A stretch of DNA of 63,896 bases, filler included, from Octopus bimaculoides (lineage: Eukaryota): the NCBI RefSeq assembly GCF_001194135.2. It is 10 parts of 9 records of this genome, joined end to end, with 100 filler letters (N's around TTAATTAATTAA, not from the genome) between each part and the next. Parts side by side here need not be neighbours in the genome. Positions count along the whole stretch, not along the records: positions 20,958 to 32,458 come from NC_068999.1; positions 32,559 to 34,532 come from NW_026384227.1; positions 34,633 to 37,747 come from NC_069000.1; positions 37,848 to 51,348 come from NC_068993.1; 6 more parts are not named here. One strand, given 5' to 3'. Position 1 is the first letter of the stretch. Every line of letters begins with the position of its first letter. A program made the position numbers and the translations under genes. Below the pieces are notes generated by a model. The model did no database searches and had not been told where the DNA came from. It was given only the letters and a program-made list of their open reading frames with translations. Positions 26,663-40,061 of the stretch are shown piece by piece.

Positions 26663-28267
26663 ATTGTGGAACAATAGCTATTTAGCAATATATATTTAGT
26701 AATATGTTTTGAAAATATGTGGATTGATATATAAGGAACAATAATTAGTCAACGAAATGTGTGTGTGTATGTGTGTGCGCGAGACAGAGAGAGGGAGAGA
26801 TAAACTTACGAAGGCAGATATCGAAGATGACCTTTTTAGCTATCAGGATGGCGCTAATTCGCACGACCCAGTATAGGTCCACCTACAGTAACCACCTTTG
26901 GTGAGGTAATTTTGGAGGTGAGATCTTCCTAATTTTGATCTTTTATAATTTTGCTGATTCACCACTTCATGTACGTATGTGTGTGTGTCTGTGTGTATGT
27001 ATGTACATACGTGCATATGCATGTATGTATGTGTGTGTGTCTGTGTGTATGTATGTACGTACGTACATACGCATGTATGTATGTATGTATGTGTGTATGT
27101 GTGTATGTACGTATGAATGTGTGTATATATGTATATATGTGTGTATATATGTGTATATATATGTATGTGTTCATATATATATATGTATGCATGTATGTAT
27201 GCATGCCTACATGTATGGGTGTATATATGTATGTGTGTTTGTGTATGTATGTGTGTATATGTGTGTGTATGTATGTATGTGTGTATGTATGTATGTATGT
27301 ATTTACGTGTTTGTATGTATGTGTGTATGTGCGTGTGCATGCATGAATGTATGTATTTATATTTGTGCCTATATGAGTGTAAATGGTAAAGTGACATGAA
27401 GGTTCAACAGGAACAAGGCGGAGTAAAACCGGAAATGAAACAATGGCCATATGAATCCCAATACACTTGGCCACTTGCCACTCCCCGTTTTTTATGTTGT
27501 AAAGAAAGTAGAACAGGTCGATTCTCTCCCTAATGTATACATTATTTATGCAGATTCACATACAAATAGCAATGAATGAATTCTTTCTGTTGTATCTTTT
27601 GTTTGAATGAATTGTCCACACACGGTTTGTTGTCAGCAATGGACTGCCTGACCAGTGGAATGCGACCCTCGTGGAAGATAGGAAAGAGAAGAGATGATAG
27701 AATTCTAGTCTGATGACCAGGCGATGATATATGACTGAAACTTTGCTTGCATTTCACACCTATGTATGACATTTTAAGGGACCGCTTCGTCATGGCCTAT
27801 ATTTGTGTTCGACAGACCAAGCAAATCATAGACTCTCCACGGTACCTTTTCACTTCTCAGTTTCGATCAAACTAAACCACAAACAACATAAGTAGTCTGT
27901 CGGCTTTGCATAATGATTCACAAAATTTTTCGGGCTGCAGCCCCCTTGGCCTCCGAGTCACGTTTCTAATACCCCCCCCCATCTTCCCACCAGAAATATA
28001 GATCACTTTCTGCGGCAAATTCAAAGCAATTGTATTTCACAAATAAAAGTTAACCTAATTAACCCCTTATTTTGTTGTTTCTACATCCGACGCCACCTTT
28101 TTGCCACCCCATTATTACTCAACTTTTCTTCAATGCCTCCACTCCCCGATCTTTCCACTGCTCCCCCCAAGAGGGTAGAACCAAAATATAGTTTTCAAAG
28201 GGACAACTAGTCACCTATCTATAAATTAGAAAATTACTATTTGTAAATCTCATAACAGTACGTTGGA

Positions 28268-28385
28268 GTAAAGATTATTTGCCAACATAACATGGCGCTC
28301 CTGGTTTAAGACGAATGTTGCCGTAATTACAGCAACGTTCGTCCTAAACCAGGACTGCCATGTTATGTTGGCAAATAATCTTTAC
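28268..28385. repeat. 118-bp spacerless near-perfect palindrome
   Basis: 59-bp arms with 5 mismatches, centred on GTAA|TTAC at 28326/28327. Confidence 0.95.
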
Positions 28386-29712
28386 ACGACCAGTATTGTC
28401 TATATTTTATGTTTCGTGATTGCAGTCGCATATTCCGAAACTATTGATTTTTGACTTTGACTTAAGACTATATATTTTAAATCTTTTTAAAGTGCGCACA
28501 TTTGATTTGACTCTGCTTCAGTTTCTGACTGCAAAGTTATTTTATCGATCCCAGAAGGATATAAGTAATATTTATTTTAAAAGAATACTTGAGAAAAAAA
28601 AAATGAAGAAGAAATTGAAATGCATAAAATACTAAGCAGTATCTACTCATATACACAATCACACACAAACACACACACACACAAATACACACATTTACAA
28701 ATACGTAAAGACGTACACAAATGCTCACTCGCACACATATTTATATAACAGTGATGATGATGATGATGATAAGATGTTCTTGTATTTTCCTCTCCAGCAA
28801 AGATCATAAATTTCCCGAATCAACGAGAAAAACCAACGTAACTGTTTCCCCGTCCCATATCATTATCTGCAGCACCTCATCCGATAACGTGTTAACGGAG
28901 CAACATATCGTATATTATAGTCCTAGATACGTAATAACTTACCTATAACGTACCGTGAGTGTTGTTATGTGATACATAATGGCCTTTGTAAAAAAAAAAA
29001 ACACATTTTTCTACCATATTCCGCTATANNNNNNNNNNNNNNNNNNNNNNNNNNNNNNNNNNNNNNNNNNNNNNNNNNNNNNNNNNNNNNNNNNNNNNNN
29101 NNNNNNNNNNNNNNNNNNNNNNNNNNNNNNNNNNNNNNNNNNNNNNNNNNNNNNNNNNNNNNNNNNNNNNNNNNNNNNNNNNNNNNNNNNNNNNNNNNNN
29201 NNNNNNNNNNNNNNNNNNNNNNNNNNNNNNNNNNNNNNNNNAGCGGTATTTTTGCCGTCTTAACGTTATGAGTTCAATTTCCGCCGAGGTCGGCTTTGCA
29301 TTTCATCTTTTCGGGGTCGATATATTAAGTACCAGTTGCGTTCTGTGGTCAATCTAATCGACTGTCCACGCTCCCCTAACATTTCGGGCCTTGCGCCTGG
29401 AGCAGAAAACAATATTCTTTGAGCGAAAGGCGGTGAGCTGGCAGAATCGTTAGCACGCCGAGCGAAATGCTTAGCGATATTTCGTCTGTCTCCACGTTTT
29501 TAGTTCAAATTTCCCCGAGGTCAACTTTGCCTTTCGTCGGGTACGTTTGCTAATATATATATATATATATACATGCATACATGTATGTATATAAGAAGAT
29601 CTTGCAAAATACTGCTATAAAATATCTTATTTACAAGCTCTCTTTATTATGGAAGGAAGTAGTAGCATTCTGTATATATTCCTTAACGTGGGTATACCCT
29701 TATCTATCTACC

Positions 29713-29826
29713 CTGATGAAGGAGGCTCTCGATATTACCAACGTTTATTTGATTCCATTTACTAGCTTCAAAATGTTGATAAACTGCATATGCCAACATT
29801 ATGAAGTAACTCCAGAAACAGCTGCC
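29713..29826 (+). ncRNA. Degenerate hammerhead-like motif with the same architecture as 6504-6585
   Basis: CTGATGA-A-GGAG...(~85 nt)...CTCC-A-GAAACAGCTG(C). The last base of stem III and stem I are decayed. Confidence 0.35.
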
Positions 29827-29904
29827 GTAACACCATGCCTTCTCCCCTCTAATTCTCTGAGTTTATTTAATCTGAATAAGTTTGCTCTATGAATATATAT
29901 ATAT

Positions 29905-30030
29905 ATAGTTGAAATTTACAGAACAAAAGACGAAGACAGGTGTATAAACAACAAGCAGTGGTATTAGTTTGGCGCTCAGGAAAGTAAGAACGTCTTTTAT
30001 GTTTCGAGCCTTCGCTCTTCAGCAGAAACG
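29905..30030 (-). mobile_element. Penelope-like terminal-repeat remnant with degenerate hammerhead; a second partial copy lies at ~51605-51698
   Basis: The minus strand reads TTT-CTGCTGA-A-GAGC(GAAG)GCTC-GAA-ACAT-A-AAA. The flanking aaagacgaagacaggtgtat...gtattagt...gaaagt...gtctttta..tttcgagcct recurs near 51.6 kb. Confidence 0.45.
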
Positions 30031-30180
30031 AACATGATATATATGTTCATACTTGATTGTTAATCGTCTGAAAATTTTAAGCCTGCCTTCCCTTTTTACA
30101 TGTATACATCTACATATATTTTAAAATAAAAACCCAGTTTTTTTATCTGTTTATACGAACCATTGTACCCCACCTCCATT

Positions 30181-30230
<50 letters not shown>

Positions 30231-30999
30231 TACACACAAAAAATATAAAGATAGATGGGCAAATAGAGAGATAGACATATATACATACATCCATTTATAC
30301 ATACATACATACACATGCGCATGCATACAAACATACATTTATAATGTTAGTACATGCACACATTCACACACGCACATATCCCTACAAAATTCACATTAAT
30401 GACGACTCTGGATATTAAAAAATATCTACAAGCGCTGACGACAGTATTGTACAATCTGATTGTTGATTGCAAAACGAGAACAGTAAACTCATTAATGTTA
30501 ATAGTCTTTACATAAAGATGCCTAGGTGGAGACATCGGAGTTGAACTGTCTAAAGATGTGAACTTTGGTTTAAAACGAAAGATAGCTTAAACATCCACTA
30601 ATCACTTAATCTCTTTGCCGATATACGTACATGGCGAAAATGGACAGTGACTAAATTCCCATTAGCTAAAATTTGTACGGAAGTAATCCTGTATACACAA
30701 GAAGGAGCACGCGTTGTTTTTCTGTTTATGTGACGAAATCAAATTCTGTTAATATAATATGTGTAGAAATTTGTGCGTACGTGTTTGTGTACAGATATAT
30801 GGGCAAGTATAATGGTATGTGTGTGTGTCTGTGTTTCCGTGTGTATACACATGGATATAAACGTATTCAAAAGGTATATATGTATGCCTATACATGCATA
30901 CAAGAACGTACATATATACATATATATACTTAAATACGCACACAAAATCACACATACACACACTCATATATATATGCATGTATATGTATATTCTGTTTT

Positions 31000-31380
31000 T
31001 TTTTCACTCGTTTCAGTCATTTGACTGGGGCCATGCTGGAGCACAGCTTTTAGTCGATCCCAGGTCGTATTCTTTGTAAGCCTAGTATTTATTCTATCGG
31101 TTCTCGTGCCGAACCGCTAACTTACGGAGACATAAACACACCAAAATCGGTTGTCAGCGATGTTGTGGGGACAAACAGACACACAAATATATATATATAT
31201 ATATATNNNNNNNNNNTATGACGGGCTTCTTTCAGTTTCCGTCTACCAAATCCAGTCACAAGGCTTGATCGGCCCGAGGCTATAGTAGAAAACAATTCCC
31301 CAATGTATCAGGCAGTGGGACTGAACGTGGAACCATATGGTTGGTAAGCAAGCTACTTACTACACAGCCACGCCTGCCCC
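31000..31380 (-). mobile_element. SINE family A
   Basis: Same head and tail. Other partial copies at ~2185-2320(+), 9122-9205(+), 23868-24033(-), 26195-26300(+), 49790-49860(+). Confidence 0.85.
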
Positions 31381-31798
31381 TATATATATATATATATATA
31401 ATATATATGTGTGTGTGTGTGTGTGTATACATACATATATATATATACATATATATATGTATATAATGAATGAGTATGATTGCCTAATTTGGGTTTATAT
31501 ATCAATTCTTATCTTTTGTCTCGGGTTCGACCCGAGTACTTTTTTTTAGAGTTCTATATATTTTGTAAGAAAGAACAATAATATTATATTATATACATAT
31601 ATATATATTTATGCATACATACAGAGATAGATTGATAGATAGAGACTGATTAATAAATAGTTATGAAGCGAAAAGCACTTACACTAAAGCTTTCTTCCAG
31701 CAGGTTCGTGTGAGTCTACTTTGTTAAACATATCTTTATATAATAATTTTAAATTCAAGAAAATCTTTTACGGATTGAGACACATATACGCAAATATA

Positions 31799-31848
<50 letters not shown>

Positions 31849-32078
31849 AGCCAGCAAACATACATGCACACACGCACGCACACATATATATATATATAGC
31901 TGTACGTTTATACTTCAATACGTATATATACCCATATTTATTTATACACAAGTATATGATTCATATATATATATATATATATATGTTTATATTTATATAT
32001 ACAAGCATGCATACATAGACTCTTATATTTACAGAAACACATCATACACACACGCACAAACATAAATATGCATTCACA

Positions 32079-32120
<42 letters not shown>

Positions 32121-32340
32121 TATATATATTCATGCATGCATATGAGTATACGATAATTCAGATTCAGGACGGGTGTACTGACTCCCTCCCAATACGTCAG
32201 TCGACATAACATTTCCTGATTCCCGTGCGCCAGCCTCTATCCTCAAACAACGATATTAATATGCCTGTCTTTCTGATAAATGACTTGCTTTCTCCTTCAT
32301 CATCCAATTCCATTATATACATACATACACATATATATCC

Positions 32341-32373
<33 letters not shown>

Positions 32374-32416
32374 CTCACAGACATAGACACACGCGCTCGT
32401 ACACTACACACATATG

Positions 32417-32457
<41 letters not shown>

Positions 32458-32558
32458 ANNNNNNNNNNNNNNNNNNNNNNNNNNNNNNNNNNNNNNNNNN
32501 NNTTAATTAATTAANNNNNNNNNNNNNNNNNNNNNNNNNNNNNNNNNNNNNNNNNNNN

Positions 32559-33482
32559 TATCACTTCGTCCCATGTTTTCCTGGGTCTCCTTCTTCTGCG
32601 GATACCATCCACTTTCAGTGACAGGCACTTCTTTATGCAGCATGTTCAAACCAATGTAGGCTTCTCTCTTGCATGCTACATTTGATTCCTCTTATGCCCA
32701 ACTTTTCTCTCAATACATTTGCACTTTGTTGTACATGCACACTGATGTTGCACATCCAACAGAGCATACTGCCTTCATTTCTCTCCAGTCTATGCATGTC
32801 TTCTGCATTCAGAGCCCATGTCTCACTACCATAGAGTAAAGCCATTCACACACAAGCATCATACAGTCTACCTTTCGCTCTGAGAGAGAGTCCTTTTGTT
32901 GCCAACAATGTTAATAGCTGTCCGAATGTCCTCCACTCTATACTTATTCTAGAAACAATACTTTCAGAGCAACCTCCACCATTGCTAATTTGGTCACCTA
33001 GGTTACAGAAACTATCTACAACCTCAAGAAAGCCTCTGTGTGCTCTTAGTATTTATCGTTCTTGCACATCTGCCACATACAAAGATGACTTTATCTGTTA
33101 ATCTATCTATGATTCCATTGCACCTTTTATGTGTCCATAGTTTACACTGGGTGCAGCGAATGGAATTTCTTCTAACTCCTTTCCAACATACTGAGCAGGG
33201 TTAGGGTTAGGGTTACCCAACAGAAAGAAAGTTTTATCTTTTTGCTTAATAACAACAATTTTGGTCTTTGCTAGGTTAACTTTAAAGCCCTTTGATTTCA
33301 GGTTTTGCTTCCATACTTGGAATTTCTTCTCCAATTCTGCAGTGAGAGCAAGGTCATCGGCATATAGCAGTTCCCACGGGCACCCAATTTTGAATTCCTT
33401 TGTTATGGCCTGGAGGACTATAATGAATACGAGTGAGCTGAGTACTGAGCCCTCGTTAACCCCTACCTGTCCACTAAATTCA
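32559..33482 (-). mobile_element. Decayed RTE-clade LINE: RT domain, embedded PHD-like finger, C-terminal region
   Basis: VGVNEGSVLSSLVFIIVL...GCPWELLYADDL...KVNLAKTK; PCSVC...CTQC..WTHKRC...CGRC; LLYGSETWAL...RLERNE.SMLCWMC. Several frameshifts. Confidence 0.9.
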
Positions 33483-34258
33483 AGAGCCAATAAGAGATGA
33501 AATGGGTATGATAATAGGGTGGTTACATAGGACATTTCAAGTATTATGTCTAAGTATTTATATATGAGGTAACTAACTGTATATGGCACTCATCCAGGCG
33601 CATGTCAGTATAAGGGGGGGGGGGGTATAATCAAAATATGCATTCACACACACAGTGTACAGGAAGAGTATATGAGTTGCCAGGTGAAAATGTTAATGTA
33701 CACATGACATAGCTATACAGGCTAAGAAGAAAAAAACCATAGTATTTAATTATATTTACTATCATTAAATAAGGCGGCAAACTAGTGGAATCGTTAGTAC
33801 GCTGGACAAAATGCTTAGTGGTATTTCGCCTGTTACATTCTGAGTTCAAATTCCACCGAGGTCGACTTTGCCTTTTATCCTTTCGGAGTTGATAAAATGA
33901 GTACCAGTTGAACAAGGTAGTGGTGGGGAGATGTAATCGCCTCATCCCCACAAGCTGCCCTTGAGGCAAAAATTTGAAATAATTATTATCATTAAGATAT
34001 TAATTCTAAATTAAGTTAATATACATGTACATTTTAATTGCCAAATTTATTGCATAAGTATTTTGCAATGAGAAGCGGATCCTGGCTGAAATTGAACTGA
34101 AATTACAGATGACCCTGGCAAACTAGACGATGAAAGAAATGGGGGGAAATTCTAGATTCATTGATTAAATCACATTTGAATAATAATAATAATAATAACA
34201 ATAATTTAGCTGTTGATTCAAGAAAGAGCGATCGATCGAGTTGTTGATTCATGAACGG

Positions 34259-34532
34259 CAATGGAGTTTGGAGGAAGACCAGTTGTGTAGACTTTGTGGA
34301 GAAAGGGGCACACTGGAAACTGGAATACATCTTGTCAGGGTGCAGAATAGCACTTTCTCAAGAATGATAGAAGTGACGCCATGATAGAGTGCTTGCAACA
34401 TTTGCTCACACCCTGGAGCAGGAAGGGCTCAAGAAACATCATCACCATGGGAAAGCAACAATTAAATTCGAGAAAGAGAGAGAGGGGCCAGAAAAGTCAG
34501 CAAAAACAACACATAGCTTGCTGCATGGATCT
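34259..34532 (+). mobile_element. Hero/NeSL-like (RLE-type) non-LTR retrotransposon C-terminal zinc-knuckle fragment
   Basis: QWSLEEDQLCRLCGERGTLE-(fs)-YILSGCRIALSQE**K*RHDRVL...IKFEKE matches the C-x2-CG...TL.HIL..C..AL..GRY.WRHD.VL motif. Cut off by a spacer. Confidence 0.7.
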
Positions 34533-34905
34533 NNNNNNNNNNNNNNNNNNNNNNNNNNNNNNNNNNNNNNNNNNNNTTAATTAATTAANNNNNNNNNNNN
34601 NNNNNNNNNNNNNNNNNNNNNNNNNNNNNNNNCTGAATATCCCCGAGAACTATGTTAAGGGTACACATGCCTGTGGAGTGCTCAGCCACTTGCACGTTAA
34701 TTTCACGAACAGGCTGTTCCGTTGATCGGATCAACTGGAACCGTTGACGTCGTAAGCGACGGAGTGCCAACAACAACAACATGTATGTATCTAAGAATGT
34801 ATGTATGTACGTATATATGTATATATGTATATATGTATGGATTATGTAAGTATGCATGAATGTATGTATGTATAAACGTATGCAAATATGCATGAATGTA
34901 TGCAT

Positions 34906-35950
34906 GACACTTCCTTCCTAGATGGTTTTGGGCAGTGATTCGTGGCGCATTGTATGGCCACAATATGTCCACATCTCAACCATAAATGACTCTCTTTTAT
35001 TCTTGTGCTGCAGCATTTGTTACCTTGTCTTTCCAGCTTAGTGAGCCCACTCAGCGGATGATCTCCATCTCAAAGACATATTTCATTTTCCCCATTGTTG
35101 TTAACATTGCCAAAGTTTCTACCTTGTAAAGACAATTACTATAATATAACCGTTCACCAGCCTCAGTTTCAAATGCAGTGTCAGATCTTTTTCGTAAATG
35201 ATATTTTAACTTTATATATTCTTCGAATAACTTCTCCATAGTGATCTTACTGATTCATTATTTGTCCTAAACACTTGAAATTTTTTTTTACTTGCTCGAA
35301 ATCTCTGTCTTTCAACCTTTTGTATTTGCTTCTTTTTAACTGTCTTTTTAACAGTTATATTTAGACTTTTCTTGTTACTTTGCTCTTTTACACCAACAAT
35401 TTCTTGTTATTCCTCATTGATACCCGCCAATAATAACACTGTTATCTATTTGTTGAGAATCAAGAACACAAAGCCTTCCTATTTTGGACAGTGTATTATC
35501 AGCATGTCGTATATTGTTTGTATTCATGCTATTGTCTGCGGGGCCTTTGATCTCACTTGACTCGCTAAATATATAATCAGTATAGATGTTAAATAAATAT
35601 GGTGATAACACATATCCCTGTCTTGCACCTCTTTTGATCTCTTCTGATTCTGACAATTCTTGGTCTATTCTTATGATTGCCTTTCAGTTCCAGTGTATGA
35701 ACCAGATAATTCTGGTGTCCTTCCCTTCTTAGTCGACATTTTCTAAACAAGCGATGGGTTCTCAGTAGTTTACGCGGTTAAATGCTTTGGCCTAATCAAT
35801 TAATGAAGCAAATAAATGTTTTTGTTCTTTCCTTTGCATTTGTGCTAGAATGTTGAAGCGGAATATGGCATCTCTTGTACCATTCTTGCCTCTAATTCCA
35901 ACTTTTTCCTCACTGACATCTGCATTTAGTTTGCTATACTATCCCATGCC
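34906..35950 (-). mobile_element. Heavily decayed RTE/BovB-like LINE RT fragment
   Basis: EEKVGIRGKNGTRDAIFRFNIL..., AKAFNRV, IKRGARQGYVLSPYLFNIYT...NNIRHAD; many stops and indels. Confidence 0.8.
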
Positions 35951-35970
35951 ATACGCATCTCCATTTATAA

Positions 35971-36053
35971 AAGAAGAAGAAGAAGAAGAAGAAGAAGAAG
36001 AAGAAGAAGAAGAAGAAGAAGAAGAAGAAGAAGAAGAAGAAGAAGAAGAAGAA
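35971..36053 (+). repeat. Pure (GAA)n, about 27-28 units
   Basis: Read directly. Confidence 0.95.
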
Positions 36054-37278
36054 ACCATGGCAACGAATTCCAGTCAAAATCAAAATTCACTCAACCTATC
36101 ACGGTAGCAGACGAGGACAACTTGAACGACTGTCCGTACTGTAGAAAGACAATCAGATTTATATTTACAATACCGACGTCTATACATACAAGTCAACGGC
36201 TTAATTTCAATTCAGTTGCTGCGGAGCTGTGTTACTGATCAGGTTGCAGATAGTGCGACAAAAATGTTGACGCCATGTTTTAAACGATTAAGTTAACAGT
36301 TTCTGTGTGCTTTTGAATAGTATGTGTGTGTGTGTGTGTGTGTATAGACACATATATGTACGGATTAATGTGTGTGTGTGTGTTTATGTGTGTATGTTTA
36401 TGTGTGTATGTGTAAAACAGTAAAAAATTGCACACAAGGACGCCAAAGGAACACACGAGATAAGCGGGAAAACACACACAAAACGTGGACACGATCATCA
36501 CTCATTTGTCATCGACCAAAAATTATCACAATTTCGCGCCATTATAAACAAAATACACAAATACATTTGTTCAAAAACACAATGTCGTCAATACACACCT
36601 AAGTTTGCTGCATGTAGNNNNNNNNNNNNNNNNNNNNNNNNNNNNNNNNNNNNNNNNNNNNNNNNNNNNNNNNNNNNNNNNNNNNNNNNNNNNNNNNNNN
36701 NNNNNNNNNNNNNNNNNNNNNNNNNNNNNNNNNNNNNNNNNNNNNNNNNNNNNNNNNNNNNNNNNNNNNNNNNNNNNNNNNNNNNNNNNNNNNNNNNNNN
36801 NNNNNNNNNNNNNNNNNNNNNNNNNNNNNNNNNNNNNNNNNNNNNNNNNNNNNNNNNNNNNNNNNNNNNNNNNNNNNNNNNNNNNNNNNNNNNNNNNNNN
36901 NNNNNNNNNNNNNNNNNNNNNNNNNNNNNNNNNNNNNNNNNNNNNNNNNNNNNNNNNNNNNNNNNNNNNNNNNNNNNNNNNNNNNNNNNNNNNNNNNNNN
37001 NNNNNNNNNNNNNNNNNNNNNNNNNNNNNNNNNNNNNNNNNNNNNNNNNNNNNNNNNNNNNNNNNNNNNNNNNNNNNNNNNNNNNNNNNNNNNNNNNNNN
37101 NNNNNNNNNNNNNCTACGTCTACCTGTATATATAGTTGCATATCTGGGTACAGGACATTGCAAACAAAACGTAGACAAAAAACTAATAATAACCAGAGTA
37201 CAGAAAACACACAGGCCACATAGAGAACATTTTCCTTCATCAGCTACCCCCATTCTAACACAGGCGTTATATATATAT

Positions 37279-37656
37279 GCAGGAGTGGCTGTGTGGTAAG
37301 TAGCTTCATTTCCAACCACATGGTCCCACATTCAGTCCCTATGCGTGACAACCTGGGCAAGTGTCTTCTAGTATAACCTCGGGCCGACCAAAGCCTTGTG
37401 AGTGGATTTGGTAGACGGAAACTGAAAGAAGCGCATCGTATATATATATGTATATGTTAGTGTGTCTGTGTTCATCCCCCCACCATAGATGTTGGTGTGT
37501 TTACATCCCCGTAACTTTGCGGTTCAGCAAAAGAGACCGACAGTATAAGTACTAGGTTTACAAAGAATAAGTCCTGGAGTTGATTTGTTCGACTAGATGT
37601 GTTGCACTATCATGGCTGCAGTCAAATGAGTGAATCAGACAAACGAATAAAAGAAT
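37279..37656 (+). mobile_element. SINE family A
   Basis: GCAGGAGTGGCTGTGTGG head through tail. Confidence 0.85.
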
Positions 37657-37847
37657 ACATACATACATACATATATATATACAAAAATAAATATATATTT
37701 GTTAGTGTGTATGTATTATGTATGTATATATATATATATATATATATNNNNNNNNNNNNNNNNNNNNNNNNNNNNNNNNNNNNNNNNNNNNTTAATTAAT
37801 TAANNNNNNNNNNNNNNNNNNNNNNNNNNNNNNNNNNNNNNNNNNNN

Positions 37848-37880
<33 letters not shown>

Positions 37881-39037
37881 AATCTCTCTATATATATATC
37901 ACAATGATATGTATACCTAAATACATGTAAAAGTTTTGTATATATATATATATATACATATACTCCGCGTATGTTAATGGCACGCACACACACACACACA
38001 CACACAAACGCACAAACACTCAGATAGAAAGGTAATTTAACACAAATTAATGTTTCTACATTGTTCCATGTATATAAAAAAAAACACAATTTGTAAAAAC
38101 TATGAAACGACCACCACAGTGCCATCGATAACATCCACACGCACATACACACACATACACACACACGCACGCACAATGACACACACGTACACACACACAT
38201 GCGCAAATATAGATAGATAGATAGATAGATAGATGGATAAAACACACGCCTCGACACAAACATAAAACGACAAAAGATTCTCCAATCATACAACCACCAC
38301 TACCACCACCAANNNNNNNNNNNNNNNNNNNNNNNNNNNNNNNNNNNNNNNNNNNNNNNNNNNNNNNNNNNNNNNNNNNNNNNNNNNNNNNNNNNNNNNN
38401 NNNNNNNNNNNNNNNNNNNNNNNNNNNNNNNNNNNNNNNNNNNNNNNNNNNNNNNNNNNNNNNNNNNNNNNNNNNNNNNNNNNNNNNNNNNNNNNNNNNN
38501 NNNNNNNNNNNNNNNNNNNNNNNNNNNNNNNNNNNNNNNNNNNNNNNNNNNNNNNNNNNNNNNNNNNNNNNNNNNNNNNNNNNNNNNNNNNNNNNNNNNN
38601 NNNNNNNNNNNNNNNNNNNNNNNNNNNNNNNNNNNNNNNNNNNNNNNNNNNNNNNNNNNNNNNNNNNNNNNNNNNNNNNNNNNNNNNNNNNNNNNNNNNN
38701 NNNNNNNNNNNNNNNNNNNNNNNNNNNNNNNNNNNNNNNNNNNNNNNNNNNNNNNNNNNNNNNNNNNNNNNNNNNNNNNNNNNNNNNNNNNNNNNNNNNN
38801 NNNNNNNNNNNNNNNNNNNNNNNNNNNNNNNNNNNNNNNNNNNNNNNNNNNNNNNNNNACATAAAACGACAAAAGATTCTCCAATCATACAACCACCACT
38901 ACCACCACCAAAACCACTATCACCACCACCAACACCACCACCAACACCATTACCACCACCATGCATACATTTTATATTCACCATGGTCAAGCAGTGGTAT
39001 TGAAAGTCCAGAAACTAAACGAAAGCAATAAATAATA

Positions 39038-39407
39038 ACAAGAGCACTCAGAGAGCGGAAACCTCCGCCAAGGCAACACCAATGTCCTCTCAACAATTAG
39101 CCAGAGATGATTTTTAAAATGAGAATATCTGAAATAAACTTGACTGCTCTCACAAACGAGAATACTAAAAATGAACCTGACCGCTCTCAAAAATTAGGTA
39201 AAGATTAACAGGAAAAATAATCCAGAATCCTTGTCCGGTATTCGATTAATCCCCAAATCTTATCGCTTCGTGCCAGTCACGAGGCCAAACATCCCTGAAA
39301 GTTTCATCCGAATCCATCCAGCAGTTCTTGAGATATCCTGCCCACGGACAAACAAACAAACACGACTGAAAATAATGCCTCTGCTTTGGGTAATGTAGAG
39401 GTAATAA
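39038..39407 (-). mobile_element. Helentron/HINE-type non-autonomous element
   Basis: Sub-terminal ACCTCCGCC motif, (GTTT)n core and short terminal hairpins; homologous to 61548-61750 in opposite orientation. Family assignment from memory. Confidence 0.6.
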
Positions 39408-39535
39408 ACACTGATAACTGGACGAGAATAAAGCAACGTATTATTATATTATTATTATTATTATTATATAGCACATATATACACATTTGCATGTATATAG
39501 ATTAATATATATGTGTATAATATGTATATACATAT

Positions 39536-39628
<93 letters not shown>

Positions 39629-40012
39629 TAGATAGCTAGATAGCCACAAAGAGGTCCGCGCGCACACACACATATATATGTAAATAGGCAGATGTATGTA
39701 CGTACATACTTAAATATACAGACACATCCATACATAGACACATACAAACGTTCATACTTACATATATACATCCACATACGGTCACATATATACATCCATT
39801 CCTACAACTATAGCCACATATTATATACAGTTGTCAGTAACAATATCAGATTTTCTGTGTAACATGTCGGTTATGTTGCCTGCTTCATATCGTTGTTATA
39901 CTACGTATGTCCGCTAGGAGGCGTGGGTGCGCGTGAATATATACGTACATACAAATAAACAAACATATATATATATTTATCTATATAAGTTTATATATCT
40001 ATCTACATATGT

Positions 40013-40061
<49 letters not shown>

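Noticed and set aside
38260-38911. ~53-bp sequence repeated on both sides of a 546-N gap
   Set aside because: Most simply a contig-end overlap or collapsed repeat; cannot be judged without reads.
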